Source of the DNA: an uncultured Bdellovibrionales bacterium
GTDB taxonomy: Bacteria > Patescibacteriota > Minisyncoccia > Moranbacterales > DUUL01
NCBI GenBank assembly: GCA_964505305.1
Contig: CAZDHE010000001.1
Coordinates: 95,967-159,966, forward strand
Direction of reading: 5' to 3'
DNA length: 64,000 nt
The notes under the pieces were generated by a model. That model made no database searches. It saw only the letters and a program-made list of their open reading frames with translations, and was not told where the DNA came from. Shown piece by piece: positions 56,751-64,000 of this stretch. A program made the translations under genes and the position numbers. Within the stretch, counting starts at the first letter, position 1. The number at the start of each line of letters is the position of its first letter.

Positions 56751-58316
56751 ATGGAAAAAACTTTGCAAAAATTAAGAGACTGGAGAGATAAAGAGGCCGC
56801 GAGAATAGGCAGGCCTCCGTATTATGTTTTATCCAATGGCGATCTTTATCAGGTAGTTCAAAATAATCCACTGAAAAAAGAGGATTTAAAGGATCTTCCG
56901 GGCTGGGGAGATCGTAAAATTGCCAAATACGGAGACAAGGTTTTAAAAATAATGCAAAAACAAGAAAAGGGCTATCAAAAGAGCAAAGCCGTAAATTCTG
57001 AAAAAAATTTTATTGAAACAAATAACTCCGGGGAGGTGCTTGATAAAAACGAAAAAAATAACGTCATATCGGTTTCTGAATACGTTAATTTGATTAATTT
57101 CACGGTTAGTCAATTCGGAGTTATAAAAGTCAAAGGAGAAATTAGTGATTTAAGCGGAGCTCAGCGGGGTTTAGCCTTCTTTGATTTGAAAGACACGCAA
57201 AAAGACAATTGTGTAATGCAATGCGTAGTCTTCAGAAGAAACTTTGAGTATTTGAAACATATGCTGGAAGAAGGAATGGAAGTTGTTGTTTATGGTAAAC
57301 CGTCTATGTATGAACCAAATGGCAGTTTTCGTTTCGTGGTTGACAAGATGGAGCCTGTGGGCGAAGGCGCTTACAGAAAGGCTATGGAAAAACTAAAGAA
57401 AAAACTTCAAGAAAAGGGATATTTTTCTTTGGAAAGAAAAAGATTTGTGCCTGATGAAATTCGCAACATCGGCTTGATAACCTCCAAAAACGGAGCCGCT
57501 ATTGATGATTTCCGAAAGAACTTAGAAGAATTTGGATTTCAGGTTTTTTTAAAGAATGTTTTCGTGGAAGGCGCTTCGGCGGAGGCTTCTGTTATAAATG
57601 CCATTAAATTTTTTAATCGATTGAATTTCGAGTTGGATGTCTTGGTTTTAATTAGAGGAGGAGGGAGCTGGGAGAGCCTCAGGGCTTTTAACGAAGAGAA
57701 AGTGGTAGAAGCGGTGGCCGAATCCAGATTGCCGGTAATTACGGGAGTTGGGCATCAAAAAGATGAGACGCTTGCCGGAATGGCTTCTGATGTTGATTGC
57801 TCCACTCCTTCTATGGTGGCCTCTTTTTTGAGTGAAAAAAGAAGAAATGTTTTGGACAAAGCGTTGGAATTGAAGAAAAACTTGCTGGAAAGACAAGAAA
57901 ATTTACTGGAAAATAAATATGACGATTTGTTGAAAATTAACAGAGAATTAACTACTAAAATAGAAAATATTTTTTATAGAATGGATATTTTAAAAAATAA
58001 TTTCAAGGAGAAGCTTTCCGCGAAATTAGCGGAGGAGGAAAAGCAATCGGAAAAACTGAAAAGTTTTGCCAAGAATCTTTCTGATTTATTAGAAAATCAA
58101 ATAGAAAGAAAAGAAATTTTTTTGAATAATTTTTCAAAATCTCTTCAGTTTCTAAATCCCAAAAAAATTTTATCCAGGGGTTATAGCATTGTTTATGATG
58201 AAGGAGGGAGAATAATCAAAGAAACCCAAGACGCTATTAAAGAGCAAAAGATTAAAATTGAGGTTTCAGACGGCTTTTTTGATTCTTTGGTGAAAAAGAT
58301 TTACAGAAAAAAGTAG
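56751..58316 (+). CDS. xseA: Exodeoxyribonuclease VII large subunit with an N-terminal HRDC domain
   Basis: HRDC: LRDWRDKEAARIGRPPYYVLSN...LPGWGDRKIAKYG; XseA: GEIS, FFDLKD, GEG, ITS..GAA..D, RGGGS, GVGH..D, TPS, LSRGY. Confidence 0.93.
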   Translation: MEKTLQKLRDWRDKEAARIGRPPYYVLSNGDLYQVVQNNPLKKEDLKDLPGWGDRKIAKYGDKVLKIMQKQEKGYQKSKAVNSEKNFIETNNSGEVLDKNEKNNVISVSEYVNLINFTVSQFGVIKVKGEISDLSGAQRGLAFFDLKDTQKDNCVMQCVVFRRNFEYLKHMLEEGMEVVVYGKPSMYEPNGSFRFVVDKMEPVGEGAYRKAMEKLKKKLQEKGYFSLERKRFVPDEIRNIGLITSKNGAAIDDFRKNLEEFGFQVFLKNVFVEGASAEASVINAIKFFNRLNFELDVLVLIRGGGSWESLRAFNEEKVVEAVAESRLPVITGVGHQKDETLAGMASDVDCSTPSMVASFLSEKRRNVLDKALELKKNLLERQENLLENKYDDLLKINRELTTKIENIFYRMDILKNNFKEKLSAKLAEEEKQSEKLKSFAKNLSDLLENQIERKEIFLNNFSKSLQFLNPKKILSRGYSIVYDEGGRIIKETQDAIKEQKIKIEVSDGFFDSLVKKIYRKK

Positions 58317-58369
58317 GATGTTTGTTTAATTGTTTAATGTTGCTTTGGGAAAGCCAATTTTAAGGCAAT

Positions 58370-58397
58370 TGGACATATTTTAAATATTTGTTATACT
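58370..58397 (+). promoter_or_regulatory. Putative promoter of parAB
   Basis: TGGACA-16 bp-TATACT with an extended -10 TG. Confidence 0.45.
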
Positions 58398-58534
58398 AAA
58401 TGCAGCTGTTTCTGGTGGCGCCGTTTTGTTTGTTTATGTTTTTAAAATTGACTTTACGTCTGTCCGCTATTGTTTTTTGGCAAAAATAATTTTTTCGGAA
58501 AAAAATAAGATTTCATAATTTAAATTTAAAACAG

Positions 58535-59305
58535 ATGGCTAGAATAATTTCTTTGGTTAATCAAAAAGGCGGAGTGGGAAAGACTACTACGGCGGTGAAT
58601 ATGGCAACTTACTTGGCTTCTTCGGGAAAGTCCACCTTGTTGGTTGATTTGGATCCCCAGGGAAACGCCTCCAGCGGATTGGGATTGGATGTGAGGGGAC
58701 TCAAAAAGAGCCTTTATCACAGTCTTGTGTTAAAAGTTCATCCTCGCGAGGTGGTGGTTAAAAGCAAGTCTATTGATTTAAGCCTTTTTCCTTCCAATCA
58801 AGACTTATCGGGAGCAGCCGTGGAATTATCCGAAATAGAAGACAGAGAATTTCAATTGAGGCAGCTGCTGGAAGAGGTTAAAGAGGATTATGATTATATC
58901 ATAATTGATTCTCCTCCCAGTTTGGGACTTTTGACCATTAACGGACTGGTAGCTTCCAATGAGGTGATTGTGCCGGTGCAGACTGAATATTTTGCCTTGG
59001 AGGGCCTTGGTCAGCTTCTTGAAACAATCGATTTGGTTAGGGACAACTTACATCCGGGGCTTGAAATTAACGGAATTTTATTAACTATGTTTGATAAAAG
59101 AAACAAGCTTGCTCGGCAAGTAGTGAAAGAGGTGAAAAATTATTTTTCCGGAAATGTTTTTGATGCCGTTATTCCCAGAACTGTCCGTTTAGCGGAAGCG
59201 CCCAGCTTTGGCAAGTCTATTCTGGACTTTGACCGTTTTTCCAAGGGAGGACGGGCGTATAAACAATTTGCAAAAGAAGTGGTGGCACAAGAGAAAAAAG
59301 AGTGA
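58535..59305 (+). CDS. parA: ParA/Soj chromosome partitioning ATPase
   Basis: NQKGGVGKTTT, DLDPQGNA, DSPPSLG, EYFALEG, LAEAPS. Confidence 0.96.
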   Translation: MARIISLVNQKGGVGKTTTAVNMATYLASSGKSTLLVDLDPQGNASSGLGLDVRGLKKSLYHSLVLKVHPREVVVKSKSIDLSLFPSNQDLSGAAVELSEIEDREFQLRQLLEEVKEDYDYIIIDSPPSLGLLTINGLVASNEVIVPVQTEYFALEGLGQLLETIDLVRDNLHPGLEINGILLTMFDKRNKLARQVVKEVKNYFSGNVFDAVIPRTVRLAEAPSFGKSILDFDRFSKGGRAYKQFAKEVVAQEKKE

Positions 59306-59382
59306 TATAATAAATAAAAGCGATTTGGATAGTCAAAAAACCAATCTTGAATTTAATTTATTTAATAAATAAAGAAAAACAA

Positions 59383-60354
59383 ATGCCAAGAGAAGGCGGA
59401 TTAGGCAAGGGGCTTTCTTCTTTAATTCCTCAAAAAAATTCGGCCGATGAAAATGAATATCAATATTCCGGATTTAGACAAAAAAGCAACTCAGCTATTC
59501 AAGATGAAGCTCAAAATAAAGAAGAAAACAAAAAAGTTTCCAACGCCAAGGAAGCAGAGCCTGGCAAACAAGGAGTAATTGAAGTGGAAGTGGAGAGGAT
59601 TTCCCCAAATCCCTATCAACCTCGTGTTGATTTTGATGCGGGAAAATTGCAAGAGTTAGCTGAATCAATTGGGAAGCATGGAATTTTGCAACCTTTAGTG
59701 GTGACTGTGAAGCAAGATGGAAATTATGAATTAGTTGCTGGAGAGCGAAGACTGCAAGCTTCTAAAAAAGCGGGTATCAAAAAGGTTCCCGTGATAATTA
59801 GGGATCTTGATAAAAAAGGCAAGATGGAGATTGCTTTGATTGAAAATATTCAAAGAGAAAATTTAAATGTAATAGAAGAGGCTAAAGCTTATCAAAAATT
59901 AAAAAATGAATTTGGATATACTCAGGAAGAGGTTTCTAAGCAAGTAGGGAAAAGTCGTTCAGTGATAGCTAATTACTTGAGATTGTTGAACTTGCCTCTT
60001 GAGATAAGAGATGCTTTGGTTGAAGGTAAGATTACTGAGGGGCATGCCAGGTCTCTACTGGGCATTGAAAATCCGGAGAGGCAAAGAGCCGTTTTTCGGA
60101 AAATTATATCCAAAAACTTAACCGTGAGAGATGTTGAGAAAATAGCCGGGGAAGGTGAAATAGAGATATCTTCTTATAAAAGAAGCGCCGGCAATGTTGA
60201 CCCGGAAGTCAGAAAAATGGAAAACGAAATAGAGGAATCTCTTGGAACCAAAGCAAAAATCAAAAAGAAGAAAAATGGAAAAGGAGACTTTTTAATAACT
60301 TTTTATTCAGAAGAAGAATTTAAAAATTTATTTAATAAGCTAACTTCCGTTTAA
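59383..60354 (+). CDS. parB: ParB/Spo0J partition protein
   Basis: GLGKGL, NPYQPR, GERR, ENIQRE, GKSRS..AN.LRLL, EGHAR; start placed at ATG 59383. Confidence 0.96.
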   Translation: MPREGGLGKGLSSLIPQKNSADENEYQYSGFRQKSNSAIQDEAQNKEENKKVSNAKEAEPGKQGVIEVEVERISPNPYQPRVDFDAGKLQELAESIGKHGILQPLVVTVKQDGNYELVAGERRLQASKKAGIKKVPVIIRDLDKKGKMEIALIENIQRENLNVIEEAKAYQKLKNEFGYTQEEVSKQVGKSRSVIANYLRLLNLPLEIRDALVEGKITEGHARSLLGIENPERQRAVFRKIISKNLTVRDVEKIAGEGEIEISSYKRSAGNVDPEVRKMENEIEESLGTKAKIKKKKNGKGDFLITFYSEEEFKNLFNKLTSV

Positions 60355-60355
60355 A

Positions 60356-60784
60356 ATGATTCAATTTGAAGAGCCGGAAGATAAATATGATTTCGATCCG
60401 GTAAAACAAAAAGAAATCAAAACCAAAATAAGAGTTTTTTCTCTTTTTATCATTTTTCTTATGCTGATCGTTTTTGCTATTAAAAATGATTTTAGCTTTG
60501 AAGTCGGAATTAATAAGGATATTGGCTTTGCTTGCTCCGGCGACAATACTTTAAAAAAAGGTGATGATGATGAATTAAAAGCAATAAAAGCAGAGAAGGC
60601 ACTAAAAGATAACGAGGAGTCACTGTCTAAAATAAAAGGGTTTGAAGAGGTTGTTATTGATTCGGAAAAAACTTACAATGGCGGTAACCGGCCTATTTTT
60701 AAGATCATTTTTAATAATGAATATCCGGAACATTCAAATATCCCGGATGACTTGTGCGGGTTTTCTTTGGAATTCAAATATTAA
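60356..60784 (+). CDS. Hypothetical single-TM protein
   Basis: Directly follows the parB stop; one hydrophobic helix and two Cys. Confidence 0.6.
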   Translation: MIQFEEPEDKYDFDPVKQKEIKTKIRVFSLFIIFLMLIVFAIKNDFSFEVGINKDIGFACSGDNTLKKGDDDELKAIKAEKALKDNEESLSKIKGFEEVVIDSEKTYNGGNRPIFKIIFNNEYPEHSNIPDDLCGFSLEFKY

Positions 60785-60891
60785 TACGAACAAAGCCTAT
60801 TAAAAAGCTTTGCAGTTACCGCAAAGGTCGTCATTATTTTTTTATTTCCATTTTTATGGTTTTGTATTGATTTAATCAAGACGATTTTTTC

Positions 60892-62901
60892 TTATTTTTG
60901 GAAATTTTTTTCCAGTATTTTAATTTCATCCCTTAAAATAGCGGCTGTTTCAAAATCCATAATTTTTACCGCCTCTTTCATTTTAAGCTTTTTTTCCTTT
61001 ATTAATTGCTTTTGTTCTTTGCTTTGCAGTTCTATTTCTAAATTATTTGCCGCCGTTTTCTCTCTTTCAGATCGAATTTGATCGGTGATGTCGTTAATTT
61101 TCTTAGAAATGGTTTGCGGAGTAATGTTATGTTTTTTATTATATTCCAATTGAATTTTCCTTCTTCTCTTTGTTTCCGCTACGGCTCTTTCAAGGGATCC
61201 GGTTATTTTATCCGCATACAAAATTACCCTACCTTCTACATTTCTGGCGGCTCTTCCCATTGTTTGAATCAGAGACGTTTCTGAGCGCAGAAAACCCTCT
61301 TTATCAGCATCGAAAATTCCTATAAAAGAAACCTCTGGCATATCCAATCCTTCTCTTAGTAAGTTAACTCCCACTAAACAATCAAATTCTCCTTTTCTAA
61401 ATTGGGTAAGAATGTTGATTCTTTCAATAGTTTTTATTTCGCTGTGAAGGTATTTAGAATTCAAGCCCCTTTCTTTAAGGAAATCAGTTAAATCCTCGGC
61501 CATTTTTTTGGTTAAAGTGGTTGCTAAAACCCTGCCGCCTTTTTGAATAACTTTTTCCGCTTCTTGAATGAAGTGCTTTACTTGTCCGGGGTAGGAGCCC
61601 TTTTCCACCACTGGCTTGATTTCAGTTTTAGGATCCACTAAACCGGTGGGGCGAATAATTTGCTCTACCACCTGGGTGCTTGATTTTAACTCAAATTTGC
61701 CCGGCGTGGCAGAAGTGAAAATAGCCTTATTAATTCTTTCTTGAAACTCTTCAAATTTAAGCGGGCGATTATCCACTGCCGAAGGAAGACGAAAACCGTG
61801 CTCTATCAAAGTTTTTTTTCTGGCTCTGTCTCCGGCGTACATTCCAGCTATTTGAGGTATCGTTACGTGGGATTCATCTATAATAGTCAGAAAATCGGGA
61901 TCCCCATTTGATTTATGGGGAAAATAGGAAAGTAGGGAGTGAGGAGCCTCCCCCGGTTTTCTTTTATCAAAATGCCGGGAATAATTTTCTATTCCATTAC
62001 AATAACCGAATTCTCTAATCATTGCTATATCCTGTCGAGTGCGGCGTTTAAGCCTTTCCGCTTCCAATAATTTTCCCGCTTTTTCGAATTTTTGCAGTTG
62101 CTTATATAGCTCCAATTCAATTTGCTTGAGAGCTCTATCTTTTTCTTTTTCCGGAGTTACAAAATGCTTAGCCGGGAACAGGAAGAACACCTGAGGTTTT
62201 TCTATGATAGAGCGTGAAAGCGCATCTATTTTTTCTATTTTTTCTATTTTTTCTCCGGTAATAAAAACTCTAAAGATAATCTTTTCATTTATCGGCATTA
62301 TTTCCACTGTATTACCCACGACTCTAAATTTCCCGGGCTCTAAATCGGCGCCGGTTCTTTCAAAATAAATATCTATCAATTTTCTAATAATCTCAAAACG
62401 ATTCTCTTTTTGTCCCGATTCAATTCTTAGATGAACCTTTTCATATTCTTGAGGACTGCCTAAACTGTAAATGCAAGACACTGAGGCTACGATTATTACG
62501 TCTTGACGAGTTAGGAGCGCTTGGGTGGCCGCGTGGCGTAATCGATCTATTTCTTCGTTAATCTGAGCCTCTTTTTCGATGTAGGTGTCTGTTACGGGAA
62601 TATAGGCCTCCGGTTGATAGTAGTCATAATAGGAAACAAAATAATGCACAGCATTTTCGGGGAAAAAGGTTTTATATTCTTGAGCCAGCTGAGCCGCCAA
62701 AGTTTTATTGTGAGCGATAACCAAGACCGGTTTTTGAAACTTTTCTATTACATTGGCCATAGTGAAAGTTTTCCCGCTTCCGGTAACGCCTAAAAGGGTT
62801 TGATAACGGTTTTTGTTGCTTAAACCGGCCGATAAAGACTGAATAGCTTTGGGCTGATCTCCGGCCGGTTGATATTCAGATTTTAAATTAAATTTTTTCA
62901 T
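60892..62901 (-). CDS. uvrB: Excinuclease ABC subunit B
   Basis: PAGDQP, GVTGSGKT, YFVSYYDYYQPEAY, DESH, NLLREGLD, FETAAILRD. Confidence 0.97.
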   Translation of the reverse strand: MKKFNLKSEYQPAGDQPKAIQSLSAGLSNKNRYQTLLGVTGSGKTFTMANVIEKFQKPVLVIAHNKTLAAQLAQEYKTFFPENAVHYFVSYYDYYQPEAYIPVTDTYIEKEAQINEEIDRLRHAATQALLTRQDVIIVASVSCIYSLGSPQEYEKVHLRIESGQKENRFEIIRKLIDIYFERTGADLEPGKFRVVGNTVEIMPINEKIIFRVFITGEKIEKIEKIDALSRSIIEKPQVFFLFPAKHFVTPEKEKDRALKQIELELYKQLQKFEKAGKLLEAERLKRRTRQDIAMIREFGYCNGIENYSRHFDKRKPGEAPHSLLSYFPHKSNGDPDFLTIIDESHVTIPQIAGMYAGDRARKKTLIEHGFRLPSAVDNRPLKFEEFQERINKAIFTSATPGKFELKSSTQVVEQIIRPTGLVDPKTEIKPVVEKGSYPGQVKHFIQEAEKVIQKGGRVLATTLTKKMAEDLTDFLKERGLNSKYLHSEIKTIERINILTQFRKGEFDCLVGVNLLREGLDMPEVSFIGIFDADKEGFLRSETSLIQTMGRAARNVEGRVILYADKITGSLERAVAETKRRRKIQLEYNKKHNITPQTISKKINDITDQIRSEREKTAANNLEIELQSKEQKQLIKEKKLKMKEAVKIMDFETAAILRDEIKILEKNFQK

Positions 62902-63330
62902 ACCACTTACAGTTTTTGTGACTCTTAGAAATTTTTTCTTGAAATAAAGTTGTCTTAAAGGTTTTTCTTAATACATACAAAAAATTAAAAACTGACAACT
63001 TTTGATAATAATTAACCACACAAATTATTTAAAAGCAAACAATATTGATTCAAAAGATTAGCGAATTTTTAAAAAACGAAGATTTGAACTAATAAAATTA
63101 TATCCGGAGCAGCGTGAACTTTTTATTAAAAGTATTGAGTTTTTAAGCTAAGAAAGTTATAATACAAAAGCTTTGATTAAGAAAAGAAAACTTTTTAACT
63201 CAGAGATTGACGAGAATCAAAAAAACTGTTTGTTAAAAAGGGAAATAAGCGTTGTTAGTGTTGTTTTTAGGGAAGAGTTTTCTTTGCTATAAAAGGAAGG
63301 AAGAAGCGTTTATGAAATAAATAAACTATT

Positions 63331-63957
63331 ATGAGCGCAAATAATTTTTGCCCGGCTCAAGACAGTTGTCAAGATAAATCTGATGAGGAAGTGGTGGAAC
63401 TTGTTAAGAAAAATAAGGAGTGTTATGTATGCTTGATGAATAGATATGAGGCCAAAATTAAAAGGTATATTAGAAGAATTAGCGGAGTGAATGAGGAAAC
63501 CTGCGAGGATATTTTGCAGGATATTTTTATGAAAGTGTATATTAATTTAAACAACTTTAAGCCGGAAATGAAATTTTCTTCCTGGATTTATCGTATTGCA
63601 CATAACGAGGTTATCAATCACTGGAGGAAAAACAAGAGAAATAAACCGAATAACGTTTCTATTGATTATCACGATTTATTAAAAAATATTATTAAGTATG
63701 AGTATAACACGGAAGAAGGAGTTTATCAAAAGATGATAAATAGCGATTTAAGAGGCGCTTTGGAAAGGCTTGATGAAAAGTATAAAAGCGTCTTGGTTTT
63801 AAATTATTTGGAAGGTAAAAGTTATCAGGAAATTGCCGATATATTAAAAAAGCCTATTGGAACGGTGGGAACTTTAATTAGCAGGGCCAAAAAGAAAGTC
63901 TTTCAAGAATTAAAAAAAGAAGGAGTAATTGGCGGAGAGGGTGCTTTAAGAAATTAG
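63331..63957 (+). CDS. ECF RNA polymerase sigma factor
   Basis: DILQDIF, FSSWIYRIAHN, SYQEIADIL..PIGTVGTLISRAK. Confidence 0.93.
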   Translation: MSANNFCPAQDSCQDKSDEEVVELVKKNKECYVCLMNRYEAKIKRYIRRISGVNEETCEDILQDIFMKVYINLNNFKPEMKFSSWIYRIAHNEVINHWRKNKRNKPNNVSIDYHDLLKNIIKYEYNTEEGVYQKMINSDLRGALERLDEKYKSVLVLNYLEGKSYQEIADILKKPIGTVGTLISRAKKKVFQELKKEGVIGGEGALRN

Positions 63958-64000
63958 AATAACGGACTTTGCTTATTTTTCAGAAAGCATAATAATTTTT

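Noticed and set aside
56524-60891. Canonical parS near parAB
   Set aside because: No TGTTNCACGTGAAACA-like site was spotted by eye; the nearby 16-bp palindrome is unrelated in sequence.
63114-63142. ECF autoregulatory promoter (tgaact...)
   Set aside because: A plausible -35 is present but there is no convincing -10 element at the expected spacing.

Overview
AT-rich bacterial chromosome segment in standard genetic code 11 (TGA is used as a stop). Gene content and style point to Patescibacteria/CPR, Parcubacteria-like; this is an inference from the archaeal-type UMP kinase, degenerate PP2C membrane protein, short Pgk, Cys-rich PsbP-like exported proteins and scarce SD sites. 1-12 kb: minus-strand surface-glycosylation operon (nucleotide-sugar dehydrogenase, GT2, two GT4s, a GT-C-like membrane protein, flippase) that embeds a divergent RtcB-family ligase and a thymidylate-kinase-fold kinase. 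This is the best candidate for an undescribed system. 14.8-20 kb: DNA-repair cluster (UDG, MazG-like, nfo, uvrA). 21.2-21.7 kb: a ~350 nt unassigned, helix-rich non-coding segment upstream of tRNA-Glu(CTC). 21.8-39.7 kb: housekeeping genes (polyprenyl synthase, uppS, trxAB, rplI, pyrG, rpmA, pyrH, yebC, ruvC, a two-component pair, secF, M16 peptidase, thpR, WecB/TagA). 39.8-46 kb: accessory patch with a pseudogene, two divergent Cys-rich paralogues each preceded by the same 139-bp repeat, and a DUF2779-like nuclease. 46-64 kb: rfbD, NIF3, GT4, a pgk-pfkB-acd operon with a pseudo-receiver, recJ, an HRDC-XseA fusion, parAB, uvrB and an ECF sigma factor. No CRISPR array, rRNA, transposase or integrase was seen. 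All calls come from motif recognition by eye; no database search was run.
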